DNA of 39,157 bases from Lachnospiraceae bacterium (GTDB lineage Bacteria > Bacillota > Clostridia > Lachnospirales > Lachnospiraceae), in assembly GCA_021200345.1 (NCBI GenBank), contig JAJQGR010000100.1:1-39157 (forward strand). Direction: 5' to 3'. The notes under the pieces were generated by a model that saw only the letters and a program-made list of their open reading frames with translations, did no database searches and had not been told where the DNA came from. Below, one piece after another: positions 26,245-34,833 of this stretch. Numbering within the stretch: position 1 is the stretch's first letter; each line of letters starts with the position of its first letter. The translations under genes and the position numbers were made by a program.

Positions 26245-27597
26245 ATGAAATATACAGAGTTTAAAGAGCGGGTGATGGCGGCGGCAGCCTCCAGAGGTCT
26301 GACCGAATATGAGCTTTACGGGGAGGAAAAGGAAAACATCAGCGTGGAAACCTTAAATCACGAGATTTCCGCGTTTTCTTCCGGTACTGTGGCGGGAGCC
26401 TGTTTCCGCTGCGTCTGCCAGGGAAAGCTGGGGTACGCTTCCACGGAGCTCTACACCGATTCCGAGGCCCGGCGGGTGGTGGAAGCGGCCATGGAAAACG
26501 CGTGCGCGTTGGAGACGGAGGGAGAAGCCTTCCTTCATGAACCGGGAGACTGTTATAGAAAAATGGAACAGGCACAGGTTACTGAGCCTTCTGCCTCTCA
26601 GCTGAAAGAGCTGGCCATGAAAATAGAGGAGGCGGCCTACGGGGCGGATCCAAGAATTGTGGATGGGAGCCAGTCCAGCGCGGATTTTCGCAGGAACCGG
26701 ATTTTCCTGAGCAATTCCAAAGGACTGGATCTGACTCATGAGAATGCCTATACCGCGGCCTACAGCTTTCCCATCGCCAGAGAGGGCGGGGAGATGTTCA
26801 GCGGCTTTGATTCCAAAGCAGGGGATTATGCTGCCCTGGATCCGGTTAGCATCGCACAAAAGGGAGTGGAGGACGCGGTTTCCCAGATTGGCGCGTCAGC
26901 CGTTCCTACAGGGACCTATGACGTGATGTTTTCCAGCCATATGACCGCCGCCATGCTGCAGGTTTACGTGAACATTTTTTCGGCCCAGGCGGCACAGAAG
27001 GGAATGTCTCTGCTGGCGGGAAAAGAAGGAGAAATGACAGCGGCACCCTGTGTGACTCTGACCGATGATCCGTTTTGTCAGGAGAGTCTGGTAAAAATGC
27101 CTTTTGACGGCGAGGGCGTGGCCACTGTCCGTAAGGATGTGGTGAAAAACGGCAGGCTGATCACCCTGCTTTATAATCTGGCTACGGCGCACAAAGCGGG
27201 GGTGGCTTCCACCGGCAACGGTGTGAAAGCCGGGTATGCGGCTCCTGTCAGCATCCAGCCCTACAACTTCTATCTGGAAAAGGGAGGCGGAGGCACCAGG
27301 GAGGAAATGTATGAGCATCTGGGCAATGGAATTTATATCACAGAGCTGAACGGAATGCATGCCGGCGCTAATCCGGTGACCGGGGATTTCTCCCTGGCAA
27401 GCGCAGGCTTTCTGATTGAGAATGGGAAAAAGAGCAAACCGGTCAGAAACTTCACCGTTTCCGGCAATTTCTATCAGCTGCTGAAGGACATTGCCCTGGT
27501 GGGGGATGACTGGGAATTACGCCCGCCCATGCGGGGAGGCGCCTGCTTTGGAGGGCCGTCCTTTATCGTCAGGGGCATGAGTATCGGCGGAAAATAA
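26245..27597 (+). CDS. pmbA: PmbA/TldE partner subunit of the TldD protease
   Basis: TldD/PmbA-family fold sequence without HExxxH (GMHAGANPVTGDFS, GPSFIVRGMSIGG). Sits directly downstream of tldD. Confidence 0.9.
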   Translation: MKYTEFKERVMAAAASRGLTEYELYGEEKENISVETLNHEISAFSSGTVAGACFRCVCQGKLGYASTELYTDSEARRVVEAAMENACALETEGEAFLHEPGDCYRKMEQAQVTEPSASQLKELAMKIEEAAYGADPRIVDGSQSSADFRRNRIFLSNSKGLDLTHENAYTAAYSFPIAREGGEMFSGFDSKAGDYAALDPVSIAQKGVEDAVSQIGASAVPTGTYDVMFSSHMTAAMLQVYVNIFSAQAAQKGMSLLAGKEGEMTAAPCVTLTDDPFCQESLVKMPFDGEGVATVRKDVVKNGRLITLLYNLATAHKAGVASTGNGVKAGYAAPVSIQPYNFYLEKGGGGTREEMYEHLGNGIYITELNGMHAGANPVTGDFSLASAGFLIENGKKSKPVRNFTVSGNFYQLLKDIALVGDDWELRPPMRGGACFGGPSFIVRGMSIGGK

Positions 27598-27605
27598 GAT
27601 TTCAA

Positions 27606-27637
27606 GGGGAGCGCTCCCGGGCAGGGCGCTCCTTTTG
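27606..27637 (+). terminator. rho-independent terminator after pmbA
   Basis: GGAGCGC (27608-27614) pairs with GCGCTCC (27626-27632). TTTT follows. Confidence 0.75.
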
Positions 27638-27726
27638 ATTCCCCGGCTGAAACGCCATAGAGAGGGGAGATAGTGATAAAGTTTAGTAAAAGTAAGAAAA
27701 AAATTTAACTTTTTTGCATTTATGTA

Positions 27727-27754
27727 TTGACGCACATGAAAAAATATGTATAAT
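27727..27754 (+). promoter_or_regulatory. near-consensus sigma-A promoter with extended -10 for the regulator-potABCD operon
   Basis: TTGACG (27727-27732), 16-nt spacer ending in TG, TATAAT (27749-27754). Confidence 0.7.
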
Positions 27755-27769
27755 GAAACCTGTTGGCCT

Positions 27770-27799
27770 GAGTTTAGTTTTGCTAAACTCAAAGTTTAG
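27770..27799 (+). promoter_or_regulatory. candidate operator: perfect 8-bp inverted repeat plus an extra half-site
   Basis: GAGTTTAG (27770-27777), 5 nt, CTAAACTC (27783-27790), then AAGTTTAG (27792-27799). A fourth copy, AAGTTTAG, lies at 27679-27686 upstream of the -35. Confidence 0.5.
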
Positions 27800-27823
27800 A
27801 ATTTATGAGCAGACAGAGGCATC

Positions 27824-28357
27824 ATGGACATCGGAGGAAAAATCAAGGAGCTGCGTCTGATGAAGAATCTGACGCAGGAGGAACTGGCGGACCGGGCGGA
27901 GCTGTCAAAGGGATTCATTTCCCAGCTGGAGAGAAATCTGACGTCTCCGTCGATCTCCACGCTGACAGACATTCTGACCTGTCTTGGCACGGATTTAAAA
28001 GAATTTTTCAGCGATTCGGAGGATACCCAGGTCGTTTTCAAAAAGACGGACTATTTTGAAAAGATCGATGAGGAGCGGGGCAATATGATCCAGTGGGTCA
28101 TTCCCAACGCGCAGAAAAACAGCATGGAGCCCATTCTGGTAATCATCGAAAAGGGCGGCAGGACAGAGGCGCTGGATCCTCATGAGGGGGAGGAGTTTGG
28201 CTTCCTTTTGAGCGGCAGCGCGGATTTGCACATCGGCTCCAGGACATTTAAGGTCAGAGCCGGAGAATCCTTTTATTTTGCGGCCAAATACCGGCATTAT
28301 CTGACTTCGTCCACAGGAGCGAAGCTATTGTGGGTCAGCTGCCCGCCGAGCTTTTAG
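27824..28357 (+). CDS. XRE-family HTH transcriptional regulator with C-terminal cupin sensor domain (PuuR-like architecture)
   Basis: HTH_3 motif ([31 protein letters not shown]) plus a cupin domain ([12 protein letters not shown]...ESFYF). Confidence 0.85.
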   Translation: MDIGGKIKELRLMKNLTQEELADRAELSKGFISQLERNLTSPSISTLTDILTCLGTDLKEFFSDSEDTQVVFKKTDYFEKIDEERGNMIQWVIPNAQKNSMEPILVIIEKGGRTEALDPHEGEEFGFLLSGSADLHIGSRTFKVRAGESFYFAAKYRHYLTSSTGAKLLWVSCPPSF

Positions 28358-28394
28358 CGACAGTTCAGCTGTTACGGCAGCAGTGAGGTATATT

Positions 28395-29435
28395 ATGAAA
28401 AATGTTATTATCGAATTAAAAAATCTGACCCACAATTTCGGGGATCAGCAGGTGTTAAAGGGAATCAACCTGAATATTTATCAGAATGAATTTCTGACGC
28501 TTTTGGGTCCCTCCGGCTGTGGGAAGACCACCACGCTGCGCATCATCGCGGGCTTTGAGGAGCCCACCGGGGGTGAAGTTTTATTCAACGGAATCGATGT
28601 GTCGAAGGTGCCGGCCTACAAGCGGGAGGTCAACACCGTGTTTCAGAATTATGCTCTGTTTCCCTTTTTAAACGTCCATGATAATGTGGCCTTCGGTCTG
28701 AAAATCAAAAAGGTGGACCCCAAATTCATCGACGCCAAGGTCAGCTCGACCTTAAAGCTGGTGGGGCTGGAGGGCTTTGAGGACAGGGACGTGACCCTGC
28801 TTTCCGGCGGCCAGCAGCAGAGGGTCGCCATTGCAAGAGCGCTGGTCAATGAACCGAAAGTGCTTTTGCTGGATGAGCCTCTGGGGGCTTTGGACGCCAA
28901 GCTGCGCAAGGAAATGCAGACGGAGCTGAAAAAGATCCAGGAGGAGGTGGGCATCACTTTCATCTTTGTGACCCACGATCAGGAGGAAGCGTTGTCCATG
29001 TCCGATACCGTGGTGGTCATGAACGAGGGCGTGATCCAGCAGATCGGCACCCCGGAGGACATTTATAATGAGCCGGAGAACCGCTTTGTGGCAGGCTTTA
29101 TCGGCGCCTCCAATATTATCGGCGGCGCCATTATGAAAGAGGACTGCCTGGTCAGCTTCGACGGCCAGGATTTTGAGTGTGTGGATAAGGGATTTAAGGA
29201 AAATGAGCCTGTGGAAGTGGTCATCCGTCCGGAGGATATTGAACTGGTGAAGCCCAAGCAGGGGCTGCTGCAGGGGGTGGTGAAGTCTGTGGTATTTAAG
29301 GGAGTTCATTATGAGCTGCAGGTGGAGACGGAGTTTCGCGATTATCTGGTCCAGACCACCCGCCAGTATGAGGCGGAGGAAAAGGTGGGACTGACCTTTG
29401 AACCGGAAGGGATCCACGTGATGTACCCGATGTAA
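28395..29435 (+). CDS. potA: spermidine/putrescine ABC transporter ATP-binding protein
   Basis: Walker [10 protein letters not shown], signature [15 protein letters not shown], Walker B LLLDEPL, and a PotA-type C-terminal regulatory domain. Confidence 0.92.
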   Translation: MKNVIIELKNLTHNFGDQQVLKGINLNIYQNEFLTLLGPSGCGKTTTLRIIAGFEEPTGGEVLFNGIDVSKVPAYKREVNTVFQNYALFPFLNVHDNVAFGLKIKKVDPKFIDAKVSSTLKLVGLEGFEDRDVTLLSGGQQQRVAIARALVNEPKVLLLDEPLGALDAKLRKEMQTELKKIQEEVGITFIFVTHDQEEALSMSDTVVVMNEGVIQQIGTPEDIYNEPENRFVAGFIGASNIIGGAIMKEDCLVSFDGQDFECVDKGFKENEPVEVVIRPEDIELVKPKQGLLQGVVKSVVFKGVHYELQVETEFRDYLVQTTRQYEAEEKVGLTFEPEGIHVMYPM

Positions 29436-29448
29436 GGAGACAGCTTAT

Positions 29449-30279
29449 ATGAAATACTATGTAAAAATGGTGCGGCCCTACATGGTCTGGTCCTTTCTTT
29501 TGATCGTCATCCCCATGCTGCTGATCGCCATTTATTCGGTGACCACCGGTGGCAACACTCTGGTCAATATTCAGTTTACATTAGAGAATTTTGCCAAATT
29601 CGCGGAGCCCATCTACGTGCAGGTGTTTGTCAAATCCCTGCAGATCGGCCTGATCACCGTGGGCATCTGTCTGGCGCTGGGATATACCCTGGCCTATCAG
29701 ATCTGCCGCTTCGAGGAGAGGATTCAGAGCAGCCTGATTCTGCTGGTGACCATTCCCATGTGGATTAACACCCTGCTGCGTACCTACGCCTGGATCAGCA
29801 TTCTGTCTGATAATGGCATTATCAATACCATTTTGCAGGCCCTGGGACTGGAGCCGGTGACCCTGATGTATACCAATTTTGCGGTGATTATCGGCATGGT
29901 CAGCGATTTTTTACCATTTATGGTGATTCCGATTCATACCTCTCTGAGTAAAATCGACAAATCCCTGATTGAGGCGGCGCAGGATCTGGGGGCCACCCCG
30001 TTTCAGACCTTTACAAAAGTGATTTTCAAACTGTCCATTCCCGGCGTGCTCAATGGAGTGATTGTGACCTTTTTGCTCTCCATTTCCACCTTTGTTATTC
30101 CCAAGCTTTTAGGGGGCGGACAGTACACTCTGATTGGCAATCTGATTGAGAATCAGTTTATTTCTGTGGGCAACTGGAACTTCGGAAGCGCCCTTTCTCT
30201 GATATTGACAGCGGTGATCCTGCTTGCCATCACGCTGATGCGCAGATTAGACCAGGAGGATAAGGAGGAAGAACTTTGA
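29449..30279 (+). CDS. potB: spermidine/putrescine ABC transporter permease
   Basis: Six-TM BPD-type permease with EAA loop (IEAAQDLGATPFQTFTKV). Operon position after potA. Confidence 0.9.
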   Translation: MKYYVKMVRPYMVWSFLLIVIPMLLIAIYSVTTGGNTLVNIQFTLENFAKFAEPIYVQVFVKSLQIGLITVGICLALGYTLAYQICRFEERIQSSLILLVTIPMWINTLLRTYAWISILSDNGIINTILQALGLEPVTLMYTNFAVIIGMVSDFLPFMVIPIHTSLSKIDKSLIEAAQDLGATPFQTFTKVIFKLSIPGVLNGVIVTFLLSISTFVIPKLLGGGQYTLIGNLIENQFISVGNWNFGSALSLILTAVILLAITLMRRLDQEDKEEEL

Positions 30280-31103
30280 AAAAGAAAAAGAGTCTGCCGG
30301 GCGTCGTCTACATTGTGATCTGCTTCCTTTTTCTGTACCTGCCCATTTTTGTGACCATGTTTTTTTCCTTTAATTCGTCCAAATCGCTGACAAAATTTAC
30401 AGGTTTTTCACTGACCTGGTACCAGCAGCTGTTTTCGGACGCTGAGATCATGGGGGCGGTATATGTGTCTGTCACCATCGCCCTGCTGTCCACATTGATT
30501 TCCACCATTCTGGGCACGGCCACCGCCATCGGTCTGTCCAAAAACAGAAAGGTGATCAAGGAGCTGATCATCAATATCAACAATATTCCGATTATGAACC
30601 CGGATATTGTGACCGCCATCGGCCTGATGATTTTATTTTCCTCCTTAAAAATAGAAAAAGGCTATATGACCATGCTGTTAGCTCATATTTCCTTCTGCAC
30701 GCCCTACGTGATCACCAGCGTGTACCCCAAGGTGCGGTCCCTCAATCCCAATCTGGCCAACGCCGCCATGGATCTGGGAGCTACGCCCTGGCAGGCGTTG
30801 TACAAGGTGATTCTTCCCATGATCAAGGACGGAATTTTCGCGGGAGTGCTGTTAGCCTTTACCATGTCTTTTGACGACTTTGTGATTTCGTATTTTGTCA
30901 CCGGAAACGGAGTGAAAAATATTTCCATTATTGTGTATAACATGACCAAGCGTACCAATCCTACCATCAACGCCCTGTCCACCATTGTGATTCTGGTGAT
31001 CATGGTGCTGTTAATCATCGCCAACGCGGTGCCGGCGGTGATGAAAAGGAGAAAAATAAATGGAGTAAACAGGCAAAAAACAAGCGAGGAGGGAAATGAA
31101 TGA
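30276..31103 (+). CDS. potC: spermidine/putrescine ABC transporter permease
   Basis: EAA loop (ANAAMDLGATPWQALYKV). TTG start at 30276 follows AAGGAGG and overlaps the potB stop. Confidence 0.88.
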   Translation: MKKKKSLPGVVYIVICFLFLYLPIFVTMFFSFNSSKSLTKFTGFSLTWYQQLFSDAEIMGAVYVSVTIALLSTLISTILGTATAIGLSKNRKVIKELIININNIPIMNPDIVTAIGLMILFSSLKIEKGYMTMLLAHISFCTPYVITSVYPKVRSLNPNLANAAMDLGATPWQALYKVILPMIKDGIFAGVLLAFTMSFDDFVISYFVTGNGVKNISIIVYNMTKRTNPTINALSTIVILVIMVLLIIANAVPAVMKRRKINGVNRQKTSEEGNE

Positions 31104-32152
31104 TGAAAAAGAATTTACTGGCCGTTATGGCCGCGGTGGGAATGTCCGCGCTTTTACTTTCGGGCTGCGGCAACAGCAGCAAGGCGACCCTGAAGGTCTA
31201 TAACGCGGGAGAGTATATGGACACCAGTCTGCTGTCAAAATTTGAAAAGGAATTTGACTGCAATCTGGTCTATGAGACCTTTGACTCCAACGAGTCCATG
31301 TACACGAAGATTTTAAGCGGCGAATCATACGATGTGCTGATTCCTTCCGACTATATGATTGAGAGGCTGATCAAGGAGGATTACCTGCAGAAAATTGACT
31401 GGGACAAAATTCCCAACAGCGGGAATCTCAATCAGGATGTGATGGGGCAGGAATTTGATCCGGACAATGAGTACAGCGTTCCTTATTTCTACGGAACAGT
31501 GGGAATATTGTATGATACCACGGTAGTGGATGAGGAGGATCTGGAAGAGGGCTGGGAGCTTCTGCGCAATACAAAGTACGCCGGCGACATCTATATGTAT
31601 GATTCCGAGAGGGATTCCTTTATGATCGCCCTGAAAGCCCTGGGTTATTCCATGAATACGGACAATACGGACGAAATTGACGCAGCCTACCAGTGGCTCA
31701 TTGAGCAGAGAGATCTGATGGATCCTATTTATGCCGGCGATGACGTGATCGACAATATGGTGTCCGGCAACAAATCCATCGCCATTGTCTATTCCGGAGA
31801 CGCGGCTTATATTATGTCTGAAAATGAGGATCTGGGCTTTTATCAGCCCAAAGAGGGCACCAACCAGTGGTTTGACTGCATGGTCATTATGAAGGATTCT
31901 GAACAGACAGATCTGGCCCACGAATTTATCAATTTCATGCTGGATGTGGATAACGCCACCGCCAACACCGCGGAGGTGGGCTATACCTCGCCTGTGACGG
32001 AGGCCTATGAGACCATGCTTAAGGAGGATTACGCGGGAATTTCTTCCTATTCCCCTGATATGACCAATCCGCTGGACGAATGCTTCCGCTACCAGACCAG
32101 CGAGATCAAACAGTATTTCGCGGATCTGTGGACCAAGGTGAAGGCTTATTAA
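31100..32152 (+). CDS. potD: spermidine/putrescine-binding lipoprotein
   Basis: Lipobox LLLSGCGN and a PotD-family body (VYNAGEYMD..., VLIPSDYMIERL, VPYFYGTVGILYD). Confidence 0.9.
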   Translation: MMKKNLLAVMAAVGMSALLLSGCGNSSKATLKVYNAGEYMDTSLLSKFEKEFDCNLVYETFDSNESMYTKILSGESYDVLIPSDYMIERLIKEDYLQKIDWDKIPNSGNLNQDVMGQEFDPDNEYSVPYFYGTVGILYDTTVVDEEDLEEGWELLRNTKYAGDIYMYDSERDSFMIALKALGYSMNTDNTDEIDAAYQWLIEQRDLMDPIYAGDDVIDNMVSGNKSIAIVYSGDAAYIMSENEDLGFYQPKEGTNQWFDCMVIMKDSEQTDLAHEFINFMLDVDNATANTAEVGYTSPVTEAYETMLKEDYAGISSYSPDMTNPLDECFRYQTSEIKQYFADLWTKVKAY

Positions 32153-32190
32153 GCCCAAAATGAAAAATTGAAAAAAATGAAAAAAGGTAC

Positions 32191-32219
32191 TTGACGAAAG
32201 ACCAGGTTTCTGTTATAGT
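32191..32219 (+). promoter_or_regulatory. sigma-A promoter for tRNA-Leu, preceded by A-tract UP-like sequence (32158-32187)
   Basis: TTGACG (32191-32196), 17-nt spacer, TATAGT (32214-32219), ending 11 nt before the tRNA 5' end. The element is bracketed by a perfect 9-bp inverted repeat, AAAAGGTAC/GTACCTTTT (32182-32190 / 32218-32226), which could alternatively be the potD terminator stem. Confidence 0.6.
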
Positions 32220-32230
32220 ACCTTTTGTTC

Positions 32231-32314
32231 GCGGAAGTGGCGGAATTGGCAGACGCGCACGGTTCAGGTCCGTGTGGAGGTTACTCCTTGAGGGTTCAAG
32301 TCCCTTCTTCCGCA
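32231..32314 (+). tRNA. tRNA-Leu (anticodon CAG), class II with long variable arm, CCA not encoded
   Basis: Hand fold: acceptor GCGGAAG/CTTCCGC; D stem GCG/CGC; anticodon stem CACGG/CCGTG with loop TTCAGGT; 15-nt variable arm (GGAG/CTCC stem); T arm GAGGG-TTCAAGT-CCCTT; discriminator A. Confidence 0.92.
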
Positions 32315-32481
32315 TAGCAGATGAAAAGCTCAGAATTCTCAGAGAAGAGTTCCGGGCTTTTTTGCTGTCTAAAATAAAAGTTTCACATAGCACTTTAGCA
32401 CTTTACCACAATAAAATATTGGCAATATTCGGCAATTTTAACAAATTGTGAATAAAATGTTGCCAAAACTTAAACTTTGGG

Positions 32482-32510
32482 TTGACAACAAAGAGGCAAA
32501 AATCTATAAT
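32482..32510 (+). promoter_or_regulatory. consensus sigma-A promoter for the Opp-like operon
   Basis: TTGACA (32482-32487), exactly 17 nt, TATAAT (32505-32510). This is 38 nt upstream of the SBP start codon. Confidence 0.75.
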
Positions 32511-32547
32511 ACTGTGGTGTAAATCTAAAGAGAGGAGTGTTCTTTTT

Positions 32548-34746
32548 ATGAAAAAGAGAATCTTAAGCTTGCTTTTGGCTTCTCTGATGGTAGTAAGCCT
32601 TGCGGCCTGCGGCAGCAGCTCCAGCACCACGAGCAGCAGCACTGAGACCACCACTGAGACAACCGAAGAGACAAGCACCGATGACACCGCTTCAGATGAA
32701 ACTGAGCTGGTGGAGACACTTGCATCCATCGTTGCTGATATGGATTACTATGCGTCCAGCGAGTATGTATATGATCTTGTACTGGGCGAGTTCTATGAAG
32801 TATATACAGCGGCGAAGGAGAATGCGACAACTGTATCTGAGAGATATGCTCTGATGGCGGTTGCCGAGGCAAAGCTGCTGGAGAGCGGCGTAATGCTTCC
32901 CCTGTATTCTTCAGGCGGCAACTACGCGATTTCCAGACTGGTCACTCATACTTCCCCGTATGCTAATGCCGGCAATGACGCTGACAGATACTACAGCATG
33001 CTTGTCACAGAGGATTTCCTCAAGACAGAGGATGTGACCTACTTAAGAGACCTGTGGAATGAGTTAAGAGGCACCGGCACCTACAAGGAGGAGGCCGAGG
33101 CTTATCTGACCGAGCAGGGCTATGCCTTTAAGAATGAGCTGAATATTATCTACACCTCCGATCCTCAGACCTATGATGATCTGGCCAGCTCCAAGAGCGT
33201 GGACCATGAGGTGCTGGTGAATACTTATGACGGTCTGCTTGAGTATGACTGCGAGGGCGTTCAGCAGCCGGCTCTGGCTACCGGCTATGAAGTGTCTGAC
33301 GATGGCCTGACCTGGACCTTCTACATCCGTGAGGGTGTGAAGTGGGTTGACTCTCAGGGACGTGAGATTGCCGAGGTAGTGGCGGATGACTGGGTAGCCG
33401 GTCTGCAGCACTGCATCGATACTCAGTCCGGTCTGGGAGATCTGCTGGACGGCATCGTTGAGGGCGTCGGCGAGTATATCAGCGGCGAGATCACTGATTT
33501 CAGTCAGGTTGGCGTCGAGGCTGTTGACGATTATACTCTGGTATATCACCTGATTGAGCCCTGCACTTATTTCAATACCATGGTTGGTTATTCTCTGTTT
33601 GCCCCCCTGTGCAGAACCTATTATGAGTCCATGGGCGGCAAGTTCGGCGCCGAGTATGACGCTTCCGCTTCCGATTACCTTTACGGCAAGGATAAGGACA
33701 GCATCGTTTACTGCGGACCTTACATCATCACCAACGCTACCGCTACCACCACCATCATCTTCACCAAGAATGAGTCCTACTGGAATATTGACAATGTGAC
33801 TATGGACACCATTACCTGGAGATATGATGACGGTTCCGACGCTTCCAAGACCTACACGGATACCCTGAACGGGGACAACGACAGCGTAACCCTGAACGCT
33901 TCCAGACTGGAGCTGGCCAAGGCGGACGGAATTTATGACACCTACGCATACATTTCCAGCACCACCACCACCTCCTACATGGCGTTCTACAATGTAAACA
34001 GACAGGTTTATGCCAACACCAACGACGGCACTCTGGAATCCCCCAACAGCGAGGAGGAGAGAGCAAGAACCTATGAGGCCATGGCTCTGCAGAGCTTCCG
34101 TCTGGCACTGAGCTATGCCACCGACAGAGGCGCTTACTTCGCACAGACCAAGGGCGAGGATCTGAAGTATGCTTCTATCAGAAATACCTATACTCCCGGT
34201 GACTTCGTGTTCCTGGAGGAGGATGTGACCATTGACATCAGCGGCACTGCCACCACTTTCCCGGCCGGCACCTACTACGGCGAGATCGTTCAGGCTCAGC
34301 TGGATGCTGACGGCTCTGACATCGTAGCCTGGGACGGCACCAGTTCTGACCTGTTTGACGGCTGGTACAATCCGGACGCGGCTGTAGAGCAGCTGGAGAT
34401 CGCCATCGAAGAGCTGGCGGCCATGGGCATTGTTGTAGACGAGGACAATCCGATTTATATTGATTATCCGTACTACAGCGGTTCCGAGACCTACTCCAAC
34501 AGAGCGGAGGCCTATAAGCAGTCCATCGAGAATACGCTGGGCGGCAAGGTGATTGTCAATAAGATCGAGGCCACTGTTGACCAGTGGTACTATGCCGGCT
34601 ACTATACCGAGAGCGGCGCAGAGTCCAACTATGAGATGTATGACCTGAGCGGCTGGGGCCCGGACTATGTGGATCCGTCCACCTATCTGGACACCATGCT
34701 TCCGGACGGCAGCGGTTATATGACCAAGAGCCTGGGATTATGGTAA
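32548..34746 (+). CDS. large (732 aa) family-5 peptide/oligopeptide ABC substrate-binding lipoprotein
   Basis: Lipobox SLAACGSS followed by an S/T/E-rich linker. SBP_bac_5-like body. ATG at 32548 follows AGAGGAG. Confidence 0.85.
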   Translation: MKKRILSLLLASLMVVSLAACGSSSSTTSSSTETTTETTEETSTDDTASDETELVETLASIVADMDYYASSEYVYDLVLGEFYEVYTAAKENATTVSERYALMAVAEAKLLESGVMLPLYSSGGNYAISRLVTHTSPYANAGNDADRYYSMLVTEDFLKTEDVTYLRDLWNELRGTGTYKEEAEAYLTEQGYAFKNELNIIYTSDPQTYDDLASSKSVDHEVLVNTYDGLLEYDCEGVQQPALATGYEVSDDGLTWTFYIREGVKWVDSQGREIAEVVADDWVAGLQHCIDTQSGLGDLLDGIVEGVGEYISGEITDFSQVGVEAVDDYTLVYHLIEPCTYFNTMVGYSLFAPLCRTYYESMGGKFGAEYDASASDYLYGKDKDSIVYCGPYIITNATATTTIIFTKNESYWNIDNVTMDTITWRYDDGSDASKTYTDTLNGDNDSVTLNASRLELAKADGIYDTYAYISSTTTTSYMAFYNVNRQVYANTNDGTLESPNSEEERARTYEAMALQSFRLALSYATDRGAYFAQTKGEDLKYASIRNTYTPGDFVFLEEDVTIDISGTATTFPAGTYYGEIVQAQLDADGSDIVAWDGTSSDLFDGWYNPDAAVEQLEIAIEELAAMGIVVDEDNPIYIDYPYYSGSETYSNRAEAYKQSIENTLGGKVIVNKIEATVDQWYYAGYYTESGAESNYEMYDLSGWGPDYVDPSTYLDTMLPDGSGYMTKSLGLW

Positions 34747-34782
34747 AGCGTAATCACACGATAATTTGATATTAAAATGCTG

Positions 34783-34811
34783 CAAGAGAGTGGCGAACAG
34801 CTGCTCTCTTG
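34783..34811 (+). terminator. intercistronic hairpin between the SBP and permease genes (partial terminator or mRNA stabiliser)
   Basis: CAAGAGAGTGGC (34783-34794) pairs with GCTGCTCTCTTG (34800-34811), including two G-U pairs, around a GAACA loop. T/A-rich TATTATT follows. Confidence 0.55.
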
Positions 34812-34833
34812 TATTATTAAGCGAGAGAAAACT

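Noticed and set aside
32320-32366. Possible terminator after tRNA-Leu (AAAAGCTC ... GGGCTTTTTT)
   Set aside because: The only pairing I could find needs a 22-nt loop and uses up the T-run in the stem. The internal AGAATTCT palindrome is too short. I left it unannotated.
32191-32451. 86-aa ORF overlapping the tRNA-Leu gene
   Set aside because: The region folds into a canonical class-II tRNA with its own promoter. The ORF has no RBS and is incidental.
32231-32548. tRNA gene as a possible integration hotspot or genomic-island boundary
   Set aside because: There is no integrase or recombinase gene on either side. I saw no repeat of the tRNA 3' end elsewhere in the window. The flanking pot and opp operons look like ordinary chromosomal genes.
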